A DNA stretch of 64,000 nucleotides from Opitutales bacterium (GTDB lineage Bacteria > Verrucomicrobiota > Verrucomicrobiia > Opitutales > UBA953). Below, piece by piece: positions 43,045 through 53,074 of the stretch. The stretch is taken from the NCBI GenBank assembly GCA_040398005.1, contig JBBAUX010000009.1, positions 13,415-77,414 on the forward strand, in the 5' to 3' direction. The notes under the pieces were generated by a model, which saw only the letters and a program-made list of their open reading frames with translations, ran no database searches and was not told the origin of the DNA. Every line of letters starts with the position of its first letter. Position 1 is the stretch's first letter. A program made the translations under genes and the position numbers.

Positions 43045-44054
43045 GTACAACTTCACAGCCTCGACTCGATAAAACCACGCTCGGACTTTTCGGCATCATC
43101 GTCGGGATGGCTACGCTCACTTGCTGGGATCAATGGAATATCTGGAGTACGAAAGATGACTACTCCTTCGGCTACCTCGTTCCTTTATTCTCTGCCTACG
43201 TGCTCTACGACCGCTGGCATGAACTGTACACTTATTTAACCGGACAAAAAACCATCATTGGAAATCCCACTCCGCGTTGGGTCCTCGGCCTGGTTAATTT
43301 CATCGCACTGTTCTCCATCATTACCTTTGTCGGCGGTGGAGCCATCCGTGCAATTTACGGCACCGGCGTTGGACCCACGATTGCGATTTCGTTTGGACTC
43401 GTCGGCACAGTATTGAGTTTCGGATTTATCTCAGCCCACGGACCAGACGGATCAACGCCCTCCAATGCTGTGCGCTGGAGCATCGTGGGACTTCTCCTCT
43501 TCCCCGCCTGCGTTTGGATTATCTCTGGCCCGTTTCTCTACCTCGTCGATAACCGCATCAAAGGCGAACTCCTCACCAACGTGACGGAATTCGTTTCAGG
43601 TGTCTTAAGACTTTCGGGCGAAGCGATTAAAGTGAACGGGAACACCATCGAGTTTGCCAATAAGGATGCCGTCGGGATTGCCGATGCCTGCTCGGGCATT
43701 CGCTCACTTTCCGCCTGTGTGTTCGTGGGAGCCTTTTTAGGCGCCATCTTTATTGAAGGTGGATTCCCTGGCTCGCTCGTCCGTCGCATTCTCTTAATTA
43801 TTATTTCGGGAGCGGTGGCGATTATGGTAAATATTTTCCGTAACACCTACCTCGCCTTCTACGCACTCGAACATCGCTCCGCTTCACTCGATCGCGATTT
43901 CTGGGGCGTGGAGATGGGGGCAAAAGATTTTTCCTTCTTAGGCACCGTTCACGATTTTGCCGGAAACTTTTCCATGGTCATCGCCTTCGTCTTACTTTTA
44001 GCCTGCGTGCCCTTAATCAATTGGATGGGTCGCAGTGCAAAACCCGCAAAATAA
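43041..44054 (+). CDS. Exosortase/archaeosortase family membrane transpeptidase
   Basis: Polytopic; DYSFGYLVP; catalytic-triad motifs ADACSGIRS (Cys), NIFR (Arg), VHDFAG (His). Confidence 0.85.
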   Translation: MSTTSQPRLDKTTLGLFGIIVGMATLTCWDQWNIWSTKDDYSFGYLVPLFSAYVLYDRWHELYTYLTGQKTIIGNPTPRWVLGLVNFIALFSIITFVGGGAIRAIYGTGVGPTIAISFGLVGTVLSFGFISAHGPDGSTPSNAVRWSIVGLLLFPACVWIISGPFLYLVDNRIKGELLTNVTEFVSGVLRLSGEAIKVNGNTIEFANKDAVGIADACSGIRSLSACVFVGAFLGAIFIEGGFPGSLVRRILLIIISGAVAIMVNIFRNTYLAFYALEHRSASLDRDFWGVEMGAKDFSFLGTVHDFAGNFSMVIAFVLLLACVPLINWMGRSAKPAK

Positions 44055-44060
44055 TTTTGG

Positions 44061-45506
44061 ATGAAAATTTTACACATCAGTCCCGAGCTCACCCCGTGGT
44101 CCAAAGCTGGTGGGCTGGGTGATGCGGTGGCTGGTCTGGTCAAAGCCCTAGCCGCTGAGGGACATGAGGTGCGCGTGGTTTCTCCCCTTTACGGTTCCGT
44201 GCCCGATCAAGAAAAATTAGGCACGCTCATCGAATCATTAAAAGTAAAAGTCGCCGGAGATCCGCTCCGCGCCACCTGTCGCGTCCGAAAAATCGCATTA
44301 GCAGCAAAAGCAGAAGCTTGGTTCATCGAACACCACGAATACTATGGTGCTCGTGAAATTTATCCCGACCAGGAAAATACCGCCGAGCGCTCCTGCTTCT
44401 TCGGTCGCGCCGCCCTCGATGCCTGCCTCGCGCTCAATTGGATACCTGATATCATTCACTGTCATGATTGGACGACCGGTCTGATTCCCGTGCTACTCAA
44501 CACCACCGCCAAAGAAACTTCGCTCGGAAAATCAAAATCAATTCTCACTATTCATAACCTGCAACACCAAGGCCTCCTGAGTAAACGTGTCATACCCTTC
44601 CTGGATTTACCGGAAAGGTTATTTCACCCCGACCAAATTGAATGCTACGGCGGAGTGAATTTTCTTAAGGGCGGAATACGCTACGCCAATAAGGTAACCA
44701 CCGTGAGCCCGACCTACGCTCAAGAAATTCTGACCGCCGAGTATGGATTTGGATTAGACGAGTTTCTGCGACGACGCAAAGCCGACCTCACGGGCATTCT
44801 TAATGGCGTCGACATGGAAGAATGGAATCCAGCCACCGATAAGAATCTAGCCAAGAATTATGACGTCAAAAAGCTCACTAATAAAGCCGCCTGTAAATTA
44901 GACCTGCAAAAACATTTAAAGCTTAGTTCTCAAAGTGACATTCCTCTAATAGGAGTAGTTTCACGCTTATGGGGGCAAAAGGGCTTAGATTTGGCCCTTC
45001 CCGTCTTACCTAAGTTTTTACGTGCTGGCAAAATTCAGTTCGTCCTACTCGGCAGCGGCGATCCGACATTAGAAAATAACTACAAGAAACTGGCGGAAGA
45101 TTTTTCCGGTGCAGCCGCGGTGCGCATTGGATATAATAATGCACTCGCTCATCAAATCGAAGCGGGCTGCGATTTCTTTTTAATGCCGAGTCGCTTTGAA
45201 CCATGCGGACTCAATCAACTTTACTCAATGGCATACGGCACAATCCCAATTGTGCGTGCGACGGGTGGATTAGCGGACACCGTAAAAACTTGGAATGAAG
45301 AATCCGGCGAAGGCAGTGGAATTGTTTTTAATAATTCCGACAGCCCCGCGATCGAGTGGGCGATCAATCAAGCGCTCAAACTTTACAATTCGCAGAAAGA
45401 TTTTAAAGCCGTTCAGAAGAATGCAATGTCATCGCAATTTTCATGGAGCACTGCAGCGAAAGAGTATCTGCGCATCTATAAACAAGCACAGCTGTCAGTG
45501 GCTTAG
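44061..45506 (+). CDS. glgA: Glycogen synthase
   Basis: SKAGGLGD, IHCHDW, TIHNL, SRL..QKG, MPSRFEPCGLNQ, TGGLADTV. Confidence 0.96.
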   Translation: MKILHISPELTPWSKAGGLGDAVAGLVKALAAEGHEVRVVSPLYGSVPDQEKLGTLIESLKVKVAGDPLRATCRVRKIALAAKAEAWFIEHHEYYGAREIYPDQENTAERSCFFGRAALDACLALNWIPDIIHCHDWTTGLIPVLLNTTAKETSLGKSKSILTIHNLQHQGLLSKRVIPFLDLPERLFHPDQIECYGGVNFLKGGIRYANKVTTVSPTYAQEILTAEYGFGLDEFLRRRKADLTGILNGVDMEEWNPATDKNLAKNYDVKKLTNKAACKLDLQKHLKLSSQSDIPLIGVVSRLWGQKGLDLALPVLPKFLRAGKIQFVLLGSGDPTLENNYKKLAEDFSGAAAVRIGYNNALAHQIEAGCDFFLMPSRFEPCGLNQLYSMAYGTIPIVRATGGLADTVKTWNEESGEGSGIVFNNSDSPAIEWAINQALKLYNSQKDFKAVQKNAMSSQFSWSTAAKEYLRIYKQAQLSVA

Positions 45507-45642
45507 GCCTTTAAGTCTAAAAAGTACCAGCATTTGCCATATTTTAGGCAAAATCTACCCAGAGAGTGTAATAGTATTCAATGTTAACTAAGTGAAAATA
45601 AGATTGGACATTAGAATAAATTGTATTACCTAAGAAACCGCT

Positions 45643-46335
45643 ATGAAATATATCGCATCCATCACAACCCTCACCCTTGTTGCCGCTGCCGCTATGGCAG
45701 ACGCTGCCCCTGCTGCTGCTCCTGCTGCTGCATGGTCACAAACGGCTAACATCGCCTTCACCAGTAACTACATCTGGCGCGGCGCTTCACAAAACAACGA
45801 CTCAGTTGCCCTCCAAGGCGGCTTCGACGTTGCTCACACCTCTGGCCTCACAGCTGGCGTTTGGGCTTCAAGCGTTACCGCTGCTAATGCTTTAGAAGTA
45901 GATCTCTACGCTAACTACGGCTTCAAAGTCGCTGGTATCGACGCTTCAGTCGGTTACATCGCCTATGTTTACCAAGGTAACTCCTCTGCAAACTTCAGCG
46001 AAGTTAACGTTTCAGCAACTTATGCTGGCGTAACTGCTAAAGTTTCAAAAGAAATCGCTAACGGCAACCTCGGCGCTGGTTTCTCTGACTTCGGTTACTA
46101 CTACGAACTCGGTTACACCTACAGCATCCCTGCTGTTAAAGGTCTCGACCTCGGTCTCCACTACGGTTGGGCTGACAAAGGTACTTCACATAACGCAGAA
46201 GACTACTCAGTTGCTCTCTCTTATCCAGTAGCTGGTTTCGTTGCCACTGTTTCTTACAGCAACACTCCTGGTAGCTACATCCGCTATGCCCCTGCTGACA
46301 GCACCACTGCATTAACACTTAAGAAGTCCTTCTAA
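45643..46335 (+). CDS. TorF/Gcw_chp-type outer-membrane beta-barrel (putative porin)
   Basis: Signal peptide AMA|D, SNYIWRGASQ, ALQGGFD, G.WAS, EVDLY, terminal Phe. Confidence 0.82.
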   Translation: MKYIASITTLTLVAAAAMADAAPAAAPAAAWSQTANIAFTSNYIWRGASQNNDSVALQGGFDVAHTSGLTAGVWASSVTAANALEVDLYANYGFKVAGIDASVGYIAYVYQGNSSANFSEVNVSATYAGVTAKVSKEIANGNLGAGFSDFGYYYELGYTYSIPAVKGLDLGLHYGWADKGTSHNAEDYSVALSYPVAGFVATVSYSNTPGSYIRYAPADSTTALTLKKSF

Positions 46336-46357
46336 GGATTAATTAAGTCTTTATAGC

Positions 46358-46397
46358 AAAGGGGCGTTCTCGGATAGGAGAACGCCCCTTTTCTTTT
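46358..46397 (+). terminator. Intrinsic terminator after the porin gene
   Basis: AAAGGGGCGTTCTC-GGATAG-GAGAACGCCCCTTT followed by TCTTTT. Confidence 0.9.
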
Positions 46398-46440
46398 GTT
46401 GAGTTGAAAACCTGCCAGAATCGATAATGGTGGATGTCAG

Positions 46441-47328
46441 ATGATTGAGTCCGCCCGCAAACCCGATTGGCTCCGCGCCCCTCTACCCTCCGGGCCTGAC
46501 TATCTCGAGACTCGCGAAAACGTAGACAAAAACAAACTCCACACGGTCTGTCAGTCCGCTCAATGCCCCAACCTCGGTGAATGTTGGTCGCGCGGAACAG
46601 CCACCGTGATGATCCTCGGAAACATCTGCACCCGCTCCTGTACTTTTTGTGCCGTACTCTCCGGTCGACCCAGTGAATTAGACCTCGGCGAACCAGCGCG
46701 CGTCGCTGAATCAATCTCGCAAATGAAACTGCGTCACGTCGTCATCACCTCGGTCGCACGCGATGACTTAAAAGATGGCGGCGCTTCCGTCTGGGCCGCC
46801 ACCATCCGAGCCACCCGTCACAGAAATCCCAACACCACCATCGAAGTTCTTCCCGCCGATTTCCGCGGTGAACAAATTCACTTCGATACCCTTTTAGATG
46901 CACAGCCCGACATCTTAAATCACAACCTAGAAACCGTCGAACGTCTCCAACGTCCCGTCCGCAAAACAGCCCGCTACGACCGCTCCTTCTGGGTCCTCAA
47001 ACATGCGAAGTCCCGCGGATTCATTACCAAAACGGGTCTCATGCTCGGCATCGGAGAAAAGAAAGAAGAAGTCGCTCAACTCTTGAAAGATATCGCCACC
47101 GCCGGCGTCGATATCATCACGATCGGACAATACTTATCGCCCAGCAAAGAACACGCACCCATCGATCGCTGGGTGCACCCCGATGAATTTGCTGAATGGA
47201 AAAATTTCGCCCTCGGTCTCGGCATCAAACACGTCGAATCGGGTCCGCTCGTTCGCTCATCCTATAAAGCAGACGAACAAGTCGTTAAATTTAATCTACT
47301 CGAACGTCGAAAGACTTTTCCTGCTTAA
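46441..47328 (+). CDS. lipA: Lipoyl synthase
   Basis: RKPDWL, CQSAQCPNLGEC, CTRSCTFC, NHNLETV, GPLVRSSY. Confidence 0.97.
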   Translation: MIESARKPDWLRAPLPSGPDYLETRENVDKNKLHTVCQSAQCPNLGECWSRGTATVMILGNICTRSCTFCAVLSGRPSELDLGEPARVAESISQMKLRHVVITSVARDDLKDGGASVWAATIRATRHRNPNTTIEVLPADFRGEQIHFDTLLDAQPDILNHNLETVERLQRPVRKTARYDRSFWVLKHAKSRGFITKTGLMLGIGEKKEEVAQLLKDIATAGVDIITIGQYLSPSKEHAPIDRWVHPDEFAEWKNFALGLGIKHVESGPLVRSSYKADEQVVKFNLLERRKTFPA

Positions 47329-47331
47329 GCC

Positions 47332-49383
47332 GTGCACGGTTATCCTCCTGTCGACTTTAAAGCTGAACTGAACGAGGCGCAATACGCAGCCGTCACTTCA
47401 CCCCGCGGACCCGCACTCGTCTTGGCCGGCGCCGGCTCAGGAAAAACCCGCACCCTCACCTACCGCGTCGCCTGGCTCCTGCATCAAGGCACCAAACCTT
47501 GGGACATCCTCCTCCTCACTTTCACCAATAAATCCGCTAAGGAAATGCTCGAACGCGTCGAGGATCTCACCGGCGTGCCACGCGGACAGTTCTGGGGCGG
47601 AACGTTCCACTCCATCGCCCAACGTATCTTGCGTCGCAATGCCACAGCCGCCGATCGTAATCCCGACTTCACCATCCTCGATCAAAAAGAATCCGAACAA
47701 CTTTTTTCTGGAATCATCAAAGAAATCGATGGAGCGTTTATCAAAGATAAAACGAATCCGAAGGCACCCGTCATCCTCGATGCGTATTCTCACGCCCGCA
47801 ATACCCTGCGGCCAGTCGTCGATGTGATGAATGAGCGATTGGATTGGATGAAAGGCGGACCCGAAAAATTATTGAGATTTTGCGAGGCCTACGAGGCCGC
47901 CAAGAAGTCGCGCAATGTCTGCGACTTCGATGACCTCCTAGTCCTCTGGCTCCAAGTACTCGAAAAAGACCCCGTCGCACTCGCTCATTATCGCCAACGT
48001 TTTCAACATCTTTTGGTCGACGAGTTTCAAGATACCAACCGCCTCCAAAGTAAGATTATCGATCTCTTAGCCTCGGAACATCAAATCATGGCCGTCGGTG
48101 ATGATGCCCAATGTATCTACACTTGGCGCGGCGCCGATTGGGAAAATATCGTGACCTTTCCCCAACGTCATCCCGGTACCCAGATTCATACCATCGATAT
48201 TAATTATCGTTCCACTCCCGAAATTCTTTCGTTCGCCAATGAAATTTTAGCACACCGCCCCAGCGTCGATGGCTTTGAAAGAAAATTAAAAGCCGTCCGC
48301 GGTAGTGGCATGCAACCCACCTTATTCACGGTTGGCGATACTTCCCAACAAGCGAAACTCATCGGACGCAAAATCAATCAGCTTCATCAAGAGGGACATG
48401 CCTTAGCGGACATTCATATTTTATACCGCGCCCACTATCAGTCCATCGAGTTGCAAATGGAACTCAACGCCCTGGGTATTCCTTTTGTCATCACCAGCGG
48501 ACATAAGTTCTTCGATTTAATCCACGTTAAAGATATCTTAGCCCACCTGCGGTTTATCCATAATCCCAACGACTCGGTCGCCCTCTCCCGAGTACTGTGT
48601 CTATTGCCTAAAATCGGCCCCATCGGTGCCGATAAAATTATTCGTGCCGCCCAGGAAGTGGACGCGACCCAGCGTCGCGGCCTCGTCCGTGCCCTGCGCG
48701 GTCCTGCCGTTCTCAAGAAAGTGACCGACGTCGCCAAAGATGATTTTAACGATCTGACCATCACCCTCGAAGACATGCTCGAAGGGATTGAAAACGCCAA
48801 GCAAGTGCCCACTCCCGTAAATCCTTCGACCGATTTATTTACCCACGCTCGCGAAAAACAGGATGAGAAAATTTCACGCACTCCAGCGGAAACGGTTCGC
48901 GTGTGTATTGAAGGCTGGTACGGCACGCATATGAAAACACTTTTTCCCGATTGGAAAGATCGCGAACAAGATTTGACCGGCTTGATTGGCTTCGCCTCAA
49001 AGTTTTCCGACCTCGGTGATTTAATCGCTCAAGTAGTTTTAATGAATGGTGAAACTTCGAATAAAGATCCTGAGCCCGAAGAAGATATGTTGAAGCTGAC
49101 CACCATTCACCAATCGAAAGGTCTCGAGTTCCCAATCGTATTTGTACTGAGCGTGGCCGATGGACTCTTACCTTTAACTCGCGCGATTGAAGAAGGTGAC
49201 GTCGAAGAAGAACGCCGCTTATTATACGTAGCCTGCACCCGTGCCGAAAATCTTTTGTATCTCTTCGCCCCACGTTTTACGACATCAGGCGAAGGCTACC
49301 GACCGCTCGACCCATGCCGATTTATTGAGGAAATGAGCCCCGATTGCTATGATTTGGCAGATTACGCCCATCGCAGGCTCTGA
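47332..49383 (+). CDS. UvrD/PcrA-family SF1 DNA helicase
   Basis: LAGAGSGKT, TFTNK, VDEFQD, VGDDAQCIY, NYRST, TIHQSKGLEF, EERRLLYVACTRA. Confidence 0.93.
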   Translation: MHGYPPVDFKAELNEAQYAAVTSPRGPALVLAGAGSGKTRTLTYRVAWLLHQGTKPWDILLLTFTNKSAKEMLERVEDLTGVPRGQFWGGTFHSIAQRILRRNATAADRNPDFTILDQKESEQLFSGIIKEIDGAFIKDKTNPKAPVILDAYSHARNTLRPVVDVMNERLDWMKGGPEKLLRFCEAYEAAKKSRNVCDFDDLLVLWLQVLEKDPVALAHYRQRFQHLLVDEFQDTNRLQSKIIDLLASEHQIMAVGDDAQCIYTWRGADWENIVTFPQRHPGTQIHTIDINYRSTPEILSFANEILAHRPSVDGFERKLKAVRGSGMQPTLFTVGDTSQQAKLIGRKINQLHQEGHALADIHILYRAHYQSIELQMELNALGIPFVITSGHKFFDLIHVKDILAHLRFIHNPNDSVALSRVLCLLPKIGPIGADKIIRAAQEVDATQRRGLVRALRGPAVLKKVTDVAKDDFNDLTITLEDMLEGIENAKQVPTPVNPSTDLFTHAREKQDEKISRTPAETVRVCIEGWYGTHMKTLFPDWKDREQDLTGLIGFASKFSDLGDLIAQVVLMNGETSNKDPEPEEDMLKLTTIHQSKGLEFPIVFVLSVADGLLPLTRAIEEGDVEEERRLLYVACTRAENLLYLFAPRFTTSGEGYRPLDPCRFIEEMSPDCYDLADYAHRRL

Positions 49384-49462
49384 AACCCTTTTATGACAAT
49401 AGTTTAGGGTATCTGCCTTGCCTTGCCAAAGGGGTCGTTTTCTGTCTCAAATCCTACCCTCT

Positions 49463-51052
49463 ATGCCAAAGGTACTCGTCGCTGATAAGATTTCACCCAC
49501 TGGGGTCGCCCTCCTCAAAGCCCAAGCTGGCTATGAGGTCATCGAAGCCTACGGTTCATCACCCGAAAAGGTGCTCGAATTGGTTAAAGATGTGCATGCA
49601 ATCTTAGTCCGTTCCGAGACCCAAATCACTCGCGAAGTACTCAACGCCGCACACAAACTTGTTTGCGTCGGTCGTGCCGGTGTAGGCGTCGATAATATCG
49701 ATGTCGATGCTGCCACCGAACGCGGTGTCATCGTGATGAACACTCCTTCAGGCAACACCGTCGCCACCGCTGAGCTCACTTTCTCACACCTTCTCTCTCT
49801 CGCTCGTCCCGTACCCGAAGCCGTTCAATCAATGCGCGAAGGTAAATGGGACCGTAAAACACTTTCCGGTACCGAATTATTTAGTAAAAATTTAGGAATC
49901 CTCGGACTCGGCCGCATCGGCGCCGAAGTCGCCAAACGCGCCATCGCTTTCGGCATGAAAGTTTACGCTTACGATCCCTACCTCACCGAATCTCGTGCGA
50001 AATCCCTCGGCGTACAGATGTCGACCCTCGATGAAGTTTTTGCTGTCTCGGATTATATCACCGTGCACATGCCGCTCACCCCTCAAACTGAAGGCATGGT
50101 TAATACCGCCGCTTTCAGCAAAATGAAAAAGGGTGTTAAGATTGTGAACTGCGCCCGTGGTGGAATTGTCGACGAAGCAGCGCTCGCCGCCGCTCTCCAA
50201 TCCGGCCAATGCGGTGGTTGTGGATTCGATGTATTCGTCGAAGAGCCTTTAGTTAAAGATCATATTTTAAGAACCCTTCCTAAAGCACACCTCTCACCTC
50301 ACCTGGGCGCATCAACCGCAGAAGCTCAAGAAAACGTCGGTGTCGAAGTCGCCGAAGCTGCCATCGCTGTGTTAAACGGTGGCTCACCTGCGAATGCCGT
50401 AAACTTACCTTCGGTGGATTCTCAAACCCTCAGCACAATCCGTCCTTTCCTTTCGTTAGCTGAAAAACTCGGCGCAATCGTTCGTCAACTCGCTGCCCCA
50501 GGTCGCATCGAATCCATTCGTATCACCACTTTTGGTACTGGTTCGGAACAGGGCGCAGGTGCCATTTCTCGCTCCGTCCAACGCGGCTATCTCCGTGGTA
50601 TTGTCGAAGGCGTGAACGATGTGAACGCACCGAGTAAATTAAAGGCTCTCGGCGTTGAAGTAGATAGCATTCGTTCGTCGGCTGAGGCTGACTACAAAGA
50701 GCTCATCCACGTCGAAGCGATTCTCGCCGGTGGAAAATCTGTTTCGATCGCGGGAACGGTCTTAGGCAAAGCTCAATCCCCTCGCATCGTTTCCATCAAT
50801 GGTCGCACGCTTGAATTTATTCCCGAAGGTAAATTACTTTTAATCGAAAACCAAGATCAGCCCGGAATCATCGGCGCCCTAGGCACCATCCTCTCCAAGG
50901 AAAAAGTAAATATCGCTAACATGGCCCTAAGTCGCACGGGGGGCACCAACGCTTTCGCGGTCTACCAATTAGACTCCGCTCCCTCCGCTGCCACCCTCGC
51001 CGAGATTCAAAAGAACTCTGCAATTGTGCGAGTACAATTAATCGACGCCTAA
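49463..51052 (+). CDS. serA: D-3-phosphoglycerate dehydrogenase (with ASB and ACT domains)
   Basis: GRAGVGVDNID, GLGRIG, NCARGG, PHLGAST, ACT domain DQPGIIG. Start placed at ATG49463 (MPKVL). Confidence 0.95.
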   Translation: MPKVLVADKISPTGVALLKAQAGYEVIEAYGSSPEKVLELVKDVHAILVRSETQITREVLNAAHKLVCVGRAGVGVDNIDVDAATERGVIVMNTPSGNTVATAELTFSHLLSLARPVPEAVQSMREGKWDRKTLSGTELFSKNLGILGLGRIGAEVAKRAIAFGMKVYAYDPYLTESRAKSLGVQMSTLDEVFAVSDYITVHMPLTPQTEGMVNTAAFSKMKKGVKIVNCARGGIVDEAALAAALQSGQCGGCGFDVFVEEPLVKDHILRTLPKAHLSPHLGASTAEAQENVGVEVAEAAIAVLNGGSPANAVNLPSVDSQTLSTIRPFLSLAEKLGAIVRQLAAPGRIESIRITTFGTGSEQGAGAISRSVQRGYLRGIVEGVNDVNAPSKLKALGVEVDSIRSSAEADYKELIHVEAILAGGKSVSIAGTVLGKAQSPRIVSINGRTLEFIPEGKLLLIENQDQPGIIGALGTILSKEKVNIANMALSRTGGTNAFAVYQLDSAPSAATLAEIQKNSAIVRVQLIDA

Positions 51053-51061
51053 TCAGTCTTC

Positions 51062-51733
51062 ATGGATTCAGCTCAGATCATCGCTTACGGTTTATATATT
51101 CTGACTGCATACCTGATCGGTTCTGTTAATTTCGCTGTGCTCGTTGGGAAAAGTTACGGTGTAGATATTTTAAAAGAAGGTTCCGGCAATCCGGGAGCGA
51201 CGAATGTAAAACGCGTACTCGGAAAAGGCGCCGGTAATTTAGTTTTTGGTTTGGATGTCTTCAAGGGAGTCATTGGCACCTTCCTTCCTTTCTTCCTCAT
51301 CTGGTGCCTCAATACTCAATGGGATGGCAGCATGGAAGATTTTCAAAAAGCACTGAATGCTCCCAATGCTGACATCATCTTCATCACCTCTTTTGTCGGC
51401 ACGCTTATCGGACACTGCTACTCCGCTTTTCTCGGATTCAAGGGAGGCAAAGGCGTCGCCTCAACCATTGGTGGTCTTTGTATCATTTTACCAATCCCGA
51501 TTTTAGTCGGCGTAGTTATTTGGGTAATCGCCTTTTATAGCACCAAATATGTTTCCGTCGCTTCGATGCTCTTAAGCATCTCTCTTCCGATTACCTGTTT
51601 GATCAGGAAAGATTCTAGTACCGAAATCATCTTCGCCGCCGTGCTCGCCCTTTTTAATCTCTGGACCCATCGCGCTAACATTGAACGCTTACGCCAAGGC
51701 ACCGAAAGTCGCTTCGGCTCACCCAAAAGATAA
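51062..51733 (+). CDS. plsY: Glycerol-3-phosphate acyltransferase
   Basis: YLIGS, GSGNPGATN, DVFKG, GH..FKGGKGVA, HRANIERL. Confidence 0.95.
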   Translation: MDSAQIIAYGLYILTAYLIGSVNFAVLVGKSYGVDILKEGSGNPGATNVKRVLGKGAGNLVFGLDVFKGVIGTFLPFFLIWCLNTQWDGSMEDFQKALNAPNADIIFITSFVGTLIGHCYSAFLGFKGGKGVASTIGGLCIILPIPILVGVVIWVIAFYSTKYVSVASMLLSISLPITCLIRKDSSTEIIFAAVLALFNLWTHRANIERLRQGTESRFGSPKR

Positions 51734-51736
51734 TTT

Positions 51737-53068
51737 ATGTCAGCTCCACGCACCATCGGCATCGGCATTCTCGGCTTTGGCACTGTAGGCCAAGGCGTCT
51801 GGAAGCATTTAACCGACAAAAAAGCGGACCTCGAATCACGCCTCGGCGTAAAAATCGATCTACGTAAAGTCGCCCTTCGCGATCCCAAAAAATCTCGCGC
51901 GATTAAAATTTCGAAAAGCAAAATTACCAAGAACGCTAACGAGGTCATCGATGACCCAAACATCCACGTGGTCTGCGAACTGATCGGCGGAACGACCAAA
52001 GCGAAAGAGTTCACTCTGCGTGCGTTAAATCAAGGTAAGGTCGTTGTCTCTGCTAACAAAGCATTACTCTGCGGACACGGCCCCGAAATTTTTAACGCCG
52101 TCCGCAAACATGGCGGTCAATTCCTCTTCGAAGCCAGCGTCGCCGGTGGTATCCCCATCATCAAAGCGATTCGTGAAGGCCTCGCCGCCAATCGTTTCGA
52201 ACTCATCGTCGGTATCCTCAACGGCACCTGTAATCACATCCTCACCCGCATGGGAGAAGATGGTTTGTCTTTTGCTGACGCTCTTAAAGAAGCGCAAGAA
52301 CTGGGCTATGCTGAAGCAGATCCCACGCTCGATGTCGACGGTATCGATGCCTGGCACAAAGCTTCCATCCTCGCTTGGCTCGCCCACGGAAAATGGGCAC
52401 CAGCCAATCGCACCCTCGTTGAAGGTATCCGAAATATCGGCCCCGCCGATATCGACTTCGCGCGTCGCTTCGGTTTCGCGCTCAAGCATTTAGCAGTCAT
52501 CCAACGTAACTTCGAAAAGAATTGGATGACAGTCGGCGTCTACCCTGCACTCGTTCCTAATCGCGACATCCTCGCTCGTGTCTCCGGCGTTAACAACGGC
52601 ATTACCCTGCGCGGTGACGTCGTCGGCGCAACCACCCTCACGGGTCGCGGTGCCGGTGGCGACGCCACAGCCTCCGCCGTCATTGGTGATATTGTTGATG
52701 CGATTGCCGCACTCACGGGTAATTCTAAACAAGGCTTGTCGGGCGACAATTTAATCGCCCGGGAAAAACAGGGATTAAAAGTTCGCATGGGCGACCTCGA
52801 TGAAATCATTTCCCCATTCTACCTCCGTCTTTCGTTATTAGACAAAGCGGGCGTCTCTGAAGGTGTTTATAAAGTTTTCTCGAAACACAAAGTTTCCATC
52901 GCGCGCGTCATCCAATACGAACACCCGAATAAAGGTCGCGGTACCGTCACCCTTTCAACCTACCCCGTGAGCGAACGAAAAATGGACGCCGTGCTCAAAG
53001 AATTGCGCCGCTTAAAAACTGTTCTCGAAGAGCCCTTCCTCCTTCGCATCTTCAACCCTGAATCGTAA
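51737..53068 (+). CDS. hom: Homoserine dehydrogenase (with ACT domain)
   Basis: GFGTVG, ANK, FEASVAGGIP, GILNGT, GYAEADP..DVDG, GRGAGG. Confidence 0.95.
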   Translation: MSAPRTIGIGILGFGTVGQGVWKHLTDKKADLESRLGVKIDLRKVALRDPKKSRAIKISKSKITKNANEVIDDPNIHVVCELIGGTTKAKEFTLRALNQGKVVVSANKALLCGHGPEIFNAVRKHGGQFLFEASVAGGIPIIKAIREGLAANRFELIVGILNGTCNHILTRMGEDGLSFADALKEAQELGYAEADPTLDVDGIDAWHKASILAWLAHGKWAPANRTLVEGIRNIGPADIDFARRFGFALKHLAVIQRNFEKNWMTVGVYPALVPNRDILARVSGVNNGITLRGDVVGATTLTGRGAGGDATASAVIGDIVDAIAALTGNSKQGLSGDNLIAREKQGLKVRMGDLDEIISPFYLRLSLLDKAGVSEGVYKVFSKHKVSIARVIQYEHPNKGRGTVTLSTYPVSERKMDAVLKELRRLKTVLEEPFLLRIFNPES

Positions 53069-53074
53069 TTTCAG

